64,000 nucleotides of DNA, from contig OZ219790.1 in NCBI GenBank assembly GCA_964291215.2, positions 2,080,001 through 2,144,000 on the forward strand, given 5' to 3'. Positions 33,125-43,825 of the stretch are shown piece by piece (the first letter of the stretch is position 1; each line of letters starts with the position of its first letter). This stretch comes from Alphaproteobacteria bacterium. Lineage in GTDB: Bacteria; Pseudomonadota; Alphaproteobacteria; MPNO01; UBA830. A program made the translations under genes and the position numbers. Below the pieces are notes generated by a model. It ran no database searches. It was not told the origin of the DNA and saw nothing but the letters and a program-made list of their open reading frames with translations.

Positions 33125-33280
33125 GCAGGACCCTCCCAAATCACCTTACGTTGTGGACGGGAAGGAACCGCGCGGCAATGCTCAATCTCTCAAACGAGGT
33201 CACGGCACGCCGCGCCATCAGTGACAGAAGCCGATCCCGGTTCGGGCCACGCTACCAAACGGGTGCCCACCGGGCACAAT
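33125..33280 (-). ncRNA. Candidate bridge-RNA-encoding non-coding end of IS110 A
   Basis: About 155-bp non-coding segment between the IS110 start/RBS (GGGAGGG) and the next IS; identity inferred from position. Confidence 0.4.
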
Positions 33281-33282
33281 AG

Positions 33283-33648
33283 CAGGCTGCTGAAAAACTC
33301 CTGGCGCGTGTGGACCTGACGTGATTCGCTGCGCAGCGAGCGATTCGGCGGGAGCGGCGATGCGTGGCAAGGACGAGAGCAGCGGCAGCCTTTTCAGCTA
33401 TGTTGATCTGGAGGCGCGCGTGCCTCGGGGTCATCCCTTGCGAGCGATCCGCGATCTGACGAACGCAGTGCTGGTGGAGATGTCGGGGGAGTTCGAGGCG
33501 CTTTATTCGCGCACAGGCCGTCCGGGGATTGCGCCTGAGAAGCTTCTGCGGGCGCTTTTGCTTCAGGTGTTCTATTCGATCCGCTCGGAGCGCCAGCTGA
33601 TGGAGAGCAGCTGGAGTTCAACCTTCTGTTCCGCTGGTTTGTGGGTCT
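33283..33648 (+). pseudogene. IS5-family (DUF772-type) element, 5' part only
   Basis: End CAGGCTGCTGAAAAA; MRG.D...SLFSYVDLEARVP..HPLR, GRP.IAPEKLLRALLLQ.FYSIRSERQL. Confidence 0.85.
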
Positions 33649-34871
33649 GGATTACGCAACCTGATGTCTGGAAATTGTCGTGAAGCTGATCGAGCTGTTC
33701 CCATTTGATGTATGCCTTGGTTTCGGTTTCCCATTTTTCGTCGATGAGGACCGCGGTTGAGAGGCGCTCCAACGAGGCAAGGTTCGGAAAGACCCTGACT
33801 TTGGAGGTGCGCCGCTTGAGCTCTTGCTGGATCGGTCGCTCGATGCCGTTCGAGGTTCGCATACGCTTGCGGTGAGCATCGGGCAAGGTGAAGACAGCGA
33901 GCCCCGCATTGTTTTCCAGCCAGGAAGCCTGGATGCTTGTCGCTGGCCACGAGGGCGCCCAGTTCAGCCTCGGCGGTTTGGAGTGAGGAGGCGTGGCTCC
34001 GAGCTGTTTTCCAATACGTTTCCTGATGTCGTTGTTCGGTGCACGGCGTTTTGTGCCAAGTGGAATTGGCAGCGCTGCCATGTCGCCGCGCCCAGCACCG
34101 CGCGTCGCGCCGCTTTCAGCCCAGCATCCGAGACGATGAAGGTCGTACCATGCAGGGCTAGCAAGCTTTCCAGGAAGGCTCTCCAATGGACCTCGGCCTC
34201 GAAGAGCGCCACAGAGAGCCCCAGAACGTGCCTGCAGCCCCTATTCCGATGGCCGAGAGCACTGCGACATCGCGCACAACGCCGTCATGGCGGGCTTTTT
34301 CATAGCGCGCATCCAGGTATTTCATCAGGGGCCGGTTGCGCGGCGAGTTCTTCATCGAGCAACCTGGTGGCCCGGCTGACCTGAGAAGAGGACAGGCTCC
34401 CGAACTCGCGCATTACATCTTGCCGCGTGGAAACACCCTTGATGTACATCTCGGCTACGGCGCGAGAAAATCGCTGGCCGCGTTCAAGCGACTGGGGACG
34501 GGTCGTCCCCGTGACCGTTTGGCACCTGAACGGTAACAGTGGGGGTGTCGATCCGCTTGTAGCCGTTGGCCCTGTCGCTCCGGTGTCCGGTGGCCCGCTT
34601 TCAAGTACTGCTCGCGCTCGATTTGCATCGCAAGCTCGAAGAGCTGGCCAAAGACCCGCCCCAGATCTGTTGCTCCGTTTGCGATCAGATGTTCCAAAAC
34701 AGTCCCGATCGTCGTAGTGTGTCGCAGGTCCACTCGCTTCCTCCATAAAGGTTTTACAACTCCATGGGATAGTACGATGGCGCCGCGTTTCACTGGGGGG
34801 CTAGCCCCCCCAGTGAAACGCCTCAAAGCGCAAACCTCAGACAAATTTCCAGACATCAAGTTACAGTACCC
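33649..34871 (-). mobile_element. IS256-family element, degraded
   Basis: TIR core TGATGTCTGGAAATT at both ends; EMYIKGVSTR, LDARYEK, WQRCQFH, RTSNGIER, VRVFPN motifs. Confidence 0.85.
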
Positions 34872-34989
34872 TTCGCCTCCGCGCCCCCCCTTCGCCGAGG
34901 TGACGGTGCGCTCGTGGCGCCCGTGAGCTCCGGGACCGCCTGGTGAAGGAGCATCACTAGCTGCGGTTTCACGGCATCAAGGGTCTGCG

Positions 34990-36416
34990 CCATGTCGCCC
35001 TGCACGGCGAGACCTGGGTGGTCGGCTGGCGGCGCGTTCAAGCTTGCTGCACCGCTGGATCGCTGCGGAGCAGCAGTGCCTGCACGCGAACAATTCCCGG
35101 TTCGTTGGGGGGATGCCGAATCTGGCGTGACGGCTGGACATCGAGGCCGCGCGTTCCTCGCGGAGACGTTCGTCGAGCGCTTCGCCGGAACCTGCTATCG
35201 CGCGGCGAACTGGCGCTCGCTTGACGCGCGGTCGCGAGCGGCTCCGCGCGCTTCCGTCACCACGGCCAGGAGATCTTCATGTACGAACTGGGACCGCCGA
35301 GGCGCGATCCCGAAGAGCGCAGCACGACAGTGCCGGGCCTCGACTGCGCAGCCTGTGCCCGGGCGAGGTGTGCCGCAAGCGCTATCCGCTGAGAACCATT
35401 CTCGCGGCTCGCCGGCTACCGCGGCGTGACCGCATTCGCCGCCCTCCAGGAACAGCTTGCGGCGGTGAACTCGTTCTTCAGCCCGAAGCGCTACACCGCA
35501 CCCACACCTTCCACACCATCCTCGCTGACCTGCCGCCCGAGACTCTGCCCTGTGGACGGCCCGGCAGCAGACACGCCGGCAAGGACATCCGCGGTGCCTC
35601 CAGCCGAGAACGCCCGGCGGGTCGCAGCGGTCGAGCACGGATGGTTCTCGGCCAGACGAAGAGCAACGGGATCCCCCTCGCCAGCAGCATCAACGTCACC
35701 GGCCGCATCGTCACCATGGACGCGATGCACGCTCAGCACGAGCGGCGGCTTCTCGAGCGCCGCATGTCGTCACGGCGATCAAGAATAACCAGGAGACCAT
35801 GCTCGACGACCTCAAGGCCATCGACTTCGAGGGCTCGTTCGAAACCCTCGACAAGGGCGCATCGAGCGCCGCCGCCGTGGTCGACATCTCCGGCGCCGAG
35901 CGGGACCGCTGCGCTGCTCTCCACGGTCGCCGCCATCCGCATCAAGCGCGAGATCTGCAAGACCAAAGAGAGCAGTGTCGAGACCACCTGGTGCCTCACC
36001 TCGCTCGGCCCCGAACGCCCCGAGATGCTTCTGGCGCGCGGGTCATCGAAAATCGACTCCGCTACGTACGCGATTTCACCTGCGACGAAGACCGCTGCAG
36101 GGTGCGCCGCGCAACCTCTCGACAAACGCAGCCATCGTGCGCTGCGGCGGACACTTCAACCATATGCCCGAGGCCAACCGGCACTACGCCGCCCGGGACG
36201 CGCGCCATCCTCATCCCGCAGATAAACCTTCGCTCCTGACCCCGCGCCACAAGCCGGGAACGCGCCGACGCAACAGGACAGCTCTGCTCGAACACTCGAA
36301 AAAGCGTGCCCAGCCTGATGCACCAGCCACTGAAACCGGCCCACAGTGAACCCAAGGTGCCATGCCAGGTCCCTGTCACATCAGCAATCCACAGGCCCGA
36401 CAACAGAATGGTCCTG
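34990..36416 (+). mobile_element. ISAs1-family element with upstream DUF4338 domain, degraded; left end not identified
   Basis: AETFVERFAGTCYRAANW (DUF4338), then KDIRGA, KSN, IVTMDAMHAQ, IENRL.YVRD....ED.CR; right end CGACAACAGAATGGTCCTG. Confidence 0.75.
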
Positions 36417-36425
36417 GGTCGCGGC

Positions 36426-36617
36426 CACGGTGATCCCATGCTGATTCCGAGACGCGAAATCCGAATGTGTTGGGGCTCGCGTCATCACGGATCGCTCCTT
36501 GATCGCAATTTTTCGCGCCGAGAAGGTCTCATTGAGCCTTGGCGGCACGATTGCAGCGCGACGCAGACCGAAAAATCTCACCGGTCGCCGCTGGATTAGC
36601 AGCGTGGGATCGTCGTG
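36426..36617. mobile_element. MITE (192 bp) with ISAs1-type TIRs, copy 1
   Basis: TIR CACGGTGATCCCATGCT / AGCGTGGGATCGTCGTG; flanks GGTCGCGGC and GATCGCGGC; body repeated at 40379-40553. Confidence 0.75.
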
Positions 36618-36702
36618 GATCGCGGCCGAATCCGCTTGACAGAACGGCCTATCGGATTCTAGTTCTCTTCGATACTGAAACGCGTAAGCGGGAGAGGCGG
36701 CG

Positions 36703-37770
36703 ATGGCGGTCAACGGATTCAAGGTTTTCGACGGCGACGGGCACGTGCTGGAGAACGATAAGGAACTTGTCGAGCACTACGAAGGCAAGTACAAGGGCCT
36801 CCGCATGTTCGATGTGTTCGGCATATGGCCGAGCCTTGACGGCTGGGCCCGTGGTTTCATCATGGCCTCGGAGGATGAGGGCCGCAAATACACCCACACC
36901 GATGCCGAGGTCTGGTCCGAGATGCTCGATCTCATCGGTGCCGAGGGCACGGTGCTCTATCCGACCGCCGGCCTCGCCTGCGGGCTGATCTCGGACGTGA
37001 ATTGGGCCGTTGCGAGCGCCGCCGCCTACAACAACTGGCTCGAGGAGCGCTACACCAAGAAGGACGAGCGTCTGCACGGCGTGGGCATGCTCGCGGTCCA
37101 GGATCCGCAGGCCGCCGCCGCCGAGGTTGCGCGTTGCGCCGAGCACCGGGTGCGGTTCCCTGCGGTCCTGATGCCGACCCAGACCTATACCGGAAAGACT
37201 TTCGGCGACGAATTCTTCTGGCCCATCTACGAGGCGGCCGAGAAGTACAACATGCCGATCGCGCTGCATGGCGCGCCAAGCCGCGGACTCGGTTTTGACC
37301 ACTTCACCGAGTTCGTCAAGGTGCACGCGCTGGAGCATCCCTTTCCGCTGATGATCCAGCTGACAGACATCATCTTCTCCGGCGTGTTCGACAGGTTTCC
37401 CAGGCTCCGCATCGCATTTCTCGAAGGTGGCTGCGGCTGGGTGCCGTTCATGATGGACAGGCTCGACTACGAGTACGATTCGATTTTCGGTTCAGTGGCA
37501 CGCGCGCGCCTGAAGAAGCGGCCCTCAGACTACATGCGCGAGGGCGACAATTTCTGGGTTGCGATGGAACTCGGCGAGACGGCGCTCAAATACGCCATCG
37601 ACGCCATGGGCCCCGATCGGATCCTCTACGCCTCGGACTATCCTCACGAACCGACCGAGGAGGACCTGACGACGGAGTTGCCGGAATTTCTCGCAAGCAA
37701 CGAGTATTCCGACGAGGTCAAGCAGAAGCTGGTGCACGACAACATGATCAGCTTCTACAATCTTCACTGA
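36703..37770 (+). CDS. Amidohydrolase_2-family protein (ACMSD/LigW-like superfamily)
   Basis: FDGDGHV, AYNNWL, FWPIYEAA..PIALH, FDRFPRL.IAFLEGG.GWVP, YASDYPH; RBS GGAGAGG. Confidence 0.88.
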   Translation: MAVNGFKVFDGDGHVLENDKELVEHYEGKYKGLRMFDVFGIWPSLDGWARGFIMASEDEGRKYTHTDAEVWSEMLDLIGAEGTVLYPTAGLACGLISDVNWAVASAAAYNNWLEERYTKKDERLHGVGMLAVQDPQAAAAEVARCAEHRVRFPAVLMPTQTYTGKTFGDEFFWPIYEAAEKYNMPIALHGAPSRGLGFDHFTEFVKVHALEHPFPLMIQLTDIIFSGVFDRFPRLRIAFLEGGCGWVPFMMDRLDYEYDSIFGSVARARLKKRPSDYMREGDNFWVAMELGETALKYAIDAMGPDRILYASDYPHEPTEEDLTTELPEFLASNEYSDEVKQKLVHDNMISFYNLH

Positions 37771-37830
37771 CCGCGCCGTCCGCCGCCGGACGGGCCGGAG
37801 TTTCTGCGCAGGTGCCCCGGCGCAAGCGCC

Positions 37831-38244
37831 CTATCTCAACTGGACGCCCGCATTCTCTACGTCGAGGAAGATGTTGGGCCTCAGGAACATCGACAGGATC
37901 AGCGCGCCGTCGGGCGCCCAGGCCTCGTGGCGACTGCCGGCGGGACGCCAGACATAGTTGCCTGCTGTCACCTCGCCCTCGTCGTCGACCAGCGACCCCT
38001 CGAGGACGAACGTCTGCTCCATCTCGACATGCTCGTGGAAGGTGAGCTTCGAACCCGGTGCCCACTTGAACATGGCGGTCATCATCCCGGTGTCCGGGTT
38101 TTCCATGAGAACCTTCATTTCGATGCCGTCGCACGGTGTCGGCTTCCACGGCAGGTCGTCGACATCGACGAACCGCGAGGCCAGCGGGCCCAGCCCGTCA
38201 TGGGCCTTCATCAGCGGTGTTGCAGCAGCCATCGGTTTCTCCAC
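37831..38244 (-). CDS. Cupin-domain protein (ChrR/cupin_7-like)
   Basis: HEH...EQTFVLEG, G.YVWRPAGSRH. Confidence 0.85.
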   Translation of the reverse strand: MEKPMAAATPLMKAHDGLGPLASRFVDVDDLPWKPTPCDGIEMKVLMENPDTGMMTAMFKWAPGSKLTFHEHVEMEQTFVLEGSLVDDEGEVTAGNYVWRPAGSRHEAWAPDGALILSMFLRPNIFLDVENAGVQLR

Positions 38245-38364
38245 TGTGGTTGGGACGCGCCGTGAAGTCTCCTACGGTCTACCGCATCCGGTCAAGCAGA
38301 AAATGGGCACCGGCACGGGTGGCCGGGGCGGGCGCCGACCGGAAACCAGGCGGGATCTAGGCGC

Positions 38365-39213
38365 TCAGGCGGCCGCGGCGAAGGCCGCGTCCGGCGGCTG
38401 TCCGGCGACCGAGGTTCGGCGCAGGACCCGGGTTTCAGCGGGATCGAACCAAGTGCGCGCGTGCAGCGTGCACAGATTGTCCCACATCACGAGATCGCCC
38501 GGCGTCCAGATGTGCTCGTAGCATAGATCGGGGTTTTCCAAGGCCTCGTAAAGCTCCTCGAGGAGTTTGTCGCTCTCGCCGCGGCCCATTCCCACGATGT
38601 GATCGGTCATCAGGCGATTGACATAGAGAACCTCACGCCCGGTCTCGGGATGGCGGATCACGACGGGATGGATCCAGCGTGGCGCATCGGGTGCGCTTGT
38701 GTTGGTCTTGACCGTGGCGTTCGCCTGGTAATCGTAGACGTGGAGTGCCCTGAGGCCGCGCAGGCGGTCCCTGGTCGCCGCGGGAAGCGACTCGTAGGCC
38801 GCATAGGCGTTGGCGAACTTGGTATTGCCGCCCTCCGGCGGGATCTCGATGGCGAGAAGGATCGTCGCGCGCGCGGGGTTCTCGTAGTAGCACTGGTCGG
38901 TGTGGAATTGCATTTCGCCGTCGGGCAGCACGCCCGCCATGCCGTCGACTGTCCTGTTCGCGACATACATGAAATCCCGCGTGTCCTCGTCGCGCTTCAG
39001 CTTGATGGTGCGTACCTGCTGACGCGGCCCGAACCATTCCGTGAACGCGACTTGCTCCGCGCCCGACAGTGTCTGGCCCGGGATCACGATCACGAAATTC
39101 TCTACCCATGCGGCATGGATCTGCCGCATGGTCGCGTCATCGAGATGGCGCAGGTCGACGCCGGATATCCTGGCGCCGATAATCTCGGAAACCGGCTTGA
39201 CCGAGACGAGCAT
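38365..39213 (-). CDS. TauD/TfdA-family Fe(II)/2-oxoglutarate dioxygenase
   Basis: GA.I.GVDL, FHTD (HxD), GGNT.FA, HPVV..HPETGR, GDLVMWDN..TLHAR. Confidence 0.92.
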   Translation of the reverse strand: MLVSVKPVSEIIGARISGVDLRHLDDATMRQIHAAWVENFVIVIPGQTLSGAEQVAFTEWFGPRQQVRTIKLKRDEDTRDFMYVANRTVDGMAGVLPDGEMQFHTDQCYYENPARATILLAIEIPPEGGNTKFANAYAAYESLPAATRDRLRGLRALHVYDYQANATVKTNTSAPDAPRWIHPVVIRHPETGREVLYVNRLMTDHIVGMGRGESDKLLEELYEALENPDLCYEHIWTPGDLVMWDNLCTLHARTWFDPAETRVLRRTSVAGQPPDAAFAAAA

Positions 39214-39293
39214 GTCGTTGGCTCCCAACTGTTCGGGCAGATGCCCAATTCACGATATAATAGCGGGCCGGGCGCGTCAACGCGTCGGCGGCC

Positions 39294-39477
39294 CAGGACC
39301 ATTCTGTTGTCGCGATCGGCGGCGAACAACCGTGTCAGAGTGGCCGTTCTTGAAGTTGGTGGCACCGTCTCAAGGTCGGAACCGGCATATCGACAACGAA
39401 ATCCGCTCCCGAATGGACCTCCATATCTGCCTACAACGCCCCCTCGTCGGACGAAACCGGACAAAAGAAGAGCCTTG
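39294..39477. mobile_element. Second MITE type (184 bp) with an end matching the ISAs1 at 36398-36416
   Basis: Left end CAGGACCATTCTGTTGTCG is the exact inverse of 36398-36416; right end is a 13/19 imperfect IR. Confidence 0.55.
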
Positions 39478-39487
39478 GGCCGCGACC

Positions 39488-40553
39488 CACGACGATCTCA
39501 TGCTAGGTTGTGTACCCAAATGTTGACATTTTGCATGATCTGCCTTATTCTTGTCGAAAGCGATTCACAAGGAGAGTGAAGGATGAGCGGCGACCGACAC
39601 GACATGAGCGACGCGGAATGGGAAGTTCTCCGCTCGGTGCTTCCTGACAAGCACCAGGGCCCGGAGCGGGTGCATGACCGGAGGGTCATGAACGGGATAT
39701 TCTTCGTGCTTCGCACCGGTACGCCGTGGCGTGATCTGCCGGAGCGGTACGGTCCGTACACGACCTGCTTCAACCGCTTCAACCGGTGGAGCAAGAACGG
39801 CGCCTGGGCGTTGATCATGGAGAAGCTTCAAAGGCTTACGAGCGATGATGACGGGAGCGACGATGGCCCGCCCGGCTCGGTTCACCTGCGCATGGTCGAC
39901 TCCTCGTCGGTGCGCGTTCACAAGCTGGGGCGTCCCGGGACGACGAGCCTTCGCAAATCGGGCTGAGCCGTGGCGGACGAACGACGAAGGTCCATCTTGG
40001 CATCGACGAGAACGAGAGGGTGAAGACCGTGTTCCTGACCCCGGGCCAAGCGGCCGACTGCGCGCAGGCGGAGGCGCTTCTCGCCGACCTCGAGCATGGC
40101 GAGACGGTGGTCGGCGACAAGGCCTACGACACCGACGCCATCTGATCGAGACGGCAGGAGCAACCGCGGTCATGAAATCCAACCGGACATCGCCACGGCC
40201 GCTCGACCGCGAGATCTACAGGATGCGCAACCTGGTCGAGCGGTTCTTCGGTAAGATTAAGGAGTTCCGACGGGTCGCCACCCGTTATGACAAGGAACTT
40301 ACTCTCCGCCGTGCAACTGGCTGCCAGCCGATTCTTGCTCCGCAGAATCGCAAACCAATTATTTGAGTCCACAACCTAATTCAGAGACGCGAAATCCGAA
40401 TGCGTTGGGGCTCGGCTCATCACAGATCGCCTCCTTGATCGCAATTTTTGTGCCGAGAAGGTCCTATCGAGCCTTGGCGGCACGATTGCAGCGCGACGCA
40501 AACTGAGAAAATCTCGCCAGTCGTCGCCGGATTAGCAGCGTGGGATCACCGTG
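39488..40553. mobile_element. MITE copy 2 (same family as 36426-36617), interrupted by IS5
   Basis: CACGACGATCTCATGCTA ... AGCGTGGGATCACCGTG; perfect flanking repeat GCCGCGACC at 39479-39487 and 40554-40562. Confidence 0.75.
39506..40376 (+). mobile_element. IS5-family (IS427 group) element, frameshifted
   Basis: TIR GGTTGTG(T/G)AC(C/T)CAAAT, TA duplication; RTGTPWRDLPERYGPY, GDKAYD, RNLVERFF.KIK.FRRVATRYDK. Confidence 0.88.
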
Positions 40554-40596
40554 GCCGCGACCTCCGGCCGGCGGGGATCCGAATCTACGGCAGCGG

Positions 40597-41709
40597 CTAG
40601 GCGCTGCCCCAATGCTCCCGTGCGACATCAACCACCAGCCGAAGCTTCGCGATCTGGTCGTCGACGGTGACCGGATTGCCGACCACGGCCGAAGAAAATC
40701 CGCATTGCGGGCTGATGCCCAGCCGCTTGAGGTCAGCATGTTCGGCGGCCGCCGCGATGCGCGCCGCGAGCGCGTCGCGGGATTCGAGCTCGGGAACCTT
40801 GGAACTGATCAGCCCCAGGATCACCATCCTGTCATCCGGCACTGCAGCGAGGGGCTCGAAGCCGCCGGCCCGCTCGGTATCGTATTCGAGAAAGAAAACG
40901 TCCACCTTGAGCGCCCTGAACAGCTTCTCCGCAACCATCTGGTAGCTGCCCTCGGAGAGCCATGTACCCTTGAGGTTGCCGCGGCACATGTGAAACCCTA
41001 CGACCATGTCCGACGGCACGCCGGCAAGACTGGCGTTGGTCAGCTCGACATACTGGTCGAGAAGCCGCTCGGGGTCCTTGCCGCTGGCCTCGAGCTGGCC
41101 CCGGATGGCGGGATCGCACAGCATCGGAAACGGAACGTCGTCGAACGCCACATAGCGGGCGCCGCGGCCGGCGAGATCGGCGATGTCAGCGGCATAGGCG
41201 GCAGCGATGTCGGCGAAAAGCTCCTCGTTTCCGGCATAGAATTCGGGATCGGGATCCGGCGCGCCGCCAAGAAAGTGCATTGTCGCCGGCGACGGATAGC
41301 TGTACTTGACGGTGCGGCCGGCAAGCTCCCGGAGCAGCTCGAACTCGTCGGCGGACAGCGAACGGGTCCGCCTCACCTTGCCCACGGGACGCGGCGCCAG
41401 GAATTCGTGAGTCCCGCCGCCCGCATCGTGGAACCGGAACGACGAGGGCCGGAAATCGAGCCCGTCGCAGGAGTTCACGAAGTGGGAGATATATGTGGTC
41501 CGATGGAATTCGCCATCGGTCACCACGCCCAGCCCGGCCTCCTCCTGAATCTCCACGGCCCAGCGGACGGCATCCCTGCGCGCGCGGTCGAGGGCCGCGT
41601 CATCGATCCTGCCGGCCCTGTGCGCCCGATACGCATCGACGAGCTCGGGCGGCCGCAGCAGGCTTCCGATATGTTCGGCATGGAAGGGCGGGTCGCGCCT
41701 TAGCGCCAT
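40597..41709 (-). CDS. Cobalamin-independent methionine synthase catalytic-domain-only protein (YxjG/H-like)
   Basis: HIGSLLRP, TDGEF.R, Zn ligands HMCRGN and SPQCGF, FLEYD; 370 aa with no N-terminal half. Confidence 0.88.
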   Translation of the reverse strand: MALRRDPPFHAEHIGSLLRPPELVDAYRAHRAGRIDDAALDRARRDAVRWAVEIQEEAGLGVVTDGEFHRTTYISHFVNSCDGLDFRPSSFRFHDAGGGTHEFLAPRPVGKVRRTRSLSADEFELLRELAGRTVKYSYPSPATMHFLGGAPDPDPEFYAGNEELFADIAAAYAADIADLAGRGARYVAFDDVPFPMLCDPAIRGQLEASGKDPERLLDQYVELTNASLAGVPSDMVVGFHMCRGNLKGTWLSEGSYQMVAEKLFRALKVDVFFLEYDTERAGGFEPLAAVPDDRMVILGLISSKVPELESRDALAARIAAAAEHADLKRLGISPQCGFSSAVVGNPVTVDDQIAKLRLVVDVAREHWGSA

Positions 41710-41871
41710 GGCAGCCTCCGGATCCGGTAACCGGCATTCTCCGGGAGTTTAGCTGATGGCGCCGACCAGCGAAACAGCGCCGGTCGGGGGTCCGCGGTAA
41801 CTCGCGGTTTCCGCAGCAAACATAACCGTATAGGTTTGCAGCTTGGATAATCGACAGACGGGAATTCGAAC

Positions 41872-43299
41872 ATGACAAAGGGTGATCGCAGCATGCGGAC
41901 ACGGGCCGTATGGCTCGAGACCCTGGAGCGGCATCGCCGGGACTTCGAGCGGCCGGCGGACGACGGCTACTGGTCGCCGTCCCTCGATGCGGCGTCGCGC
42001 GATGAGCTGATCGCCATCCAGAACGACAAGCTTGCCGCCGTCACGCCGTTCCTCTACGAAAACAGCCTTTTCTACAGGGCGAGATTCGACCGCCTTGGGC
42101 TTGCACCGACGGACGTAGCCTCGATCGAGGACCTGCCGAAATGGCCGATCATTGACAAGGCCGAAATGATGGCGGACGCCTCCGCCAACCCGCCCTACGG
42201 AACCTACTCGACGATCGACGACGATGACTGGGCGTCGCGCGGCTGGATGCTGTTCTCGTCGTCGGGCTCGACCGGCCCACCCCGGGTGTTCCGCTACACC
42301 CATGTCGACCGCGAATACTGGGAGTGGGCGAACGCACGCGCGATGTGGTCAATGCGGATACGCCCCGGCGACGTTCTCTTTCCCATGGTCGGTTTCGGAC
42401 CCCATGTATGGATGTGGGGCGTGATGGTTGCCGCCGACAGGCTAAAGCTGGCGGTGATCCCGGGCGGCGGAATGGACGCGCGGGCGCGGGCGGGGATCAT
42501 CGAACGCTTCAGGCCGACGGTAATCGCCTGCACCCCGTCCTACGCCCTCTATCTCGGGCGCGTCATGGAGGATCAGGGGCTCGACCCCGCGACAAGCTCG
42601 GTCACCACGCTGTTCACCGGTGGCGAGCCAGCGATGGGCATCGAGCGCACACGCAGGCGGATCGAGGAACTCTGGGGCTGCCGCACCGAGGAGTTCTACG
42701 GCTGCACCGAAGTTTCGCCCCATGTCGGAGGGTTCACCTGTCCGTACGCGACCGACGGCGACAGCGTCTTCACGCACCTGATGGAAGACATACAAATCTG
42801 GGAACTTGTCGACGCGGACACCCGGACTCCGGTCGTGGAGGGTGAGCGCGGACTCACGGTATGCACTTCGCTCAATTCCGAGAGCTCGCCGCAATTGCGT
42901 TTCCTCGTGGGCGACTATACGACCTTCAGCACCGAGATCTGCGCATGCGGCCGCAGCCACGTGCGCGCCATGGGATCGTTCACCGGCCGCGCCGACGACC
43001 TTCTCAACCTGCGCGGCATCAAGTTCTTCCCGAGCCAGATCGAACAGGCCGTGCGCGCCGTCGATGGCGTCCGCGACGAGTTCGAGATCGTGCTCTCGAC
43101 TGACGGATCGGGACTCGACCTCATGACCGTCCGCGTCGAACATGACAGTCATCGCAACCGCAGCGCCGTGGCCGGCGCCGTGGCCGAGCAGATCCGCGCC
43201 CGCTGCGAGGTCCGTGCGAATGTCGAGGTGCTTGCTCCCGACACGCTGGCCAAGACCGAGTTCAAGGCGAAACGGGTGCGCGACGAACGCCACCGGTAG
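41872..43299 (+). CDS. Phenylacetate-CoA ligase (PaaK)-like acyl-CoA ligase
   Basis: SSSGSTG.P, CTPSY, GGEP, YGCTE, GRADD..LRG..FFPSQIE, KAKRV.D.R. Confidence 0.88.
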   Translation: MTKGDRSMRTRAVWLETLERHRRDFERPADDGYWSPSLDAASRDELIAIQNDKLAAVTPFLYENSLFYRARFDRLGLAPTDVASIEDLPKWPIIDKAEMMADASANPPYGTYSTIDDDDWASRGWMLFSSSGSTGPPRVFRYTHVDREYWEWANARAMWSMRIRPGDVLFPMVGFGPHVWMWGVMVAADRLKLAVIPGGGMDARARAGIIERFRPTVIACTPSYALYLGRVMEDQGLDPATSSVTTLFTGGEPAMGIERTRRRIEELWGCRTEEFYGCTEVSPHVGGFTCPYATDGDSVFTHLMEDIQIWELVDADTRTPVVEGERGLTVCTSLNSESSPQLRFLVGDYTTFSTEICACGRSHVRAMGSFTGRADDLLNLRGIKFFPSQIEQAVRAVDGVRDEFEIVLSTDGSGLDLMTVRVEHDSHRNRSAVAGAVAEQIRARCEVRANVEVLAPDTLAKTEFKAKRVRDERHR

Positions 43300-43401
43300 C
43301 GTTCGTCACCCCCTCGCGCACCGCCCGCCGGCGCGGCAACACTTTGCCCGGTGATCGGCATCGTCCATAATCGCCAGCACCCAGGACAGCGGAGAGCGGC
43401 C

Positions 43402-43788
43402 ATGCAGGTACAGTTCGAAAACGGCGACGTGACCCGGATCAGGGGTTATCACGCCCATGTCTATTACGGCGACGACGACGATGCCCGGGAGAGGGCGGCC
43501 CGCCTGCGGGAAAGTCTGTGGAACAGGTGGCCGGACCAGGTTCGCATGGGCCGATTTCGCGACCGGCCGGTCGGACCGCATCCTCTCGACATGTACCAAG
43601 TCGAGTTCGCTGCCGAACTGTTCACCGAGATCATACCGTGGCTGATGTTCAACCGCGACGGCCTGAACATCCTGATCCATCCGGAAGCCGGCAACGCCTG
43701 GCGCGACCACGCGTGGTATCCGCTATGGCTCGGAGAGAGTCTGGATCTGCGGCTGGACTGGCTGGCTGACGGCAACCGGTCCGCCTGA
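43402..43788 (+). CDS. DOPA 4,5-dioxygenase-family protein
   Basis: YHAHVY, PVGPHP..YQV.F, WL..NR.GL.ILIHP..G...DH...WLG. Confidence 0.88.
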   Translation: MQVQFENGDVTRIRGYHAHVYYGDDDDARERAARLRESLWNRWPDQVRMGRFRDRPVGPHPLDMYQVEFAAELFTEIIPWLMFNRDGLNILIHPEAGNAWRDHAWYPLWLGESLDLRLDWLADGNRSA

Positions 43789-43825
43789 ACCGGAAGTTCT
43801 CCGGCCGGACGTTGCGGCCGGGCCG

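Noticed and set aside
41710-41870. SAM-II-like riboswitch upstream of the MetE-like gene
   Set aside because: GCTAAA is present, but the TGATTT and TTGC elements are not properly placed; would need an Infernal search
43402-43788. Betalain pigment pathway
   Set aside because: Family is widespread in bacteria; no tyrosinase or supporting genes
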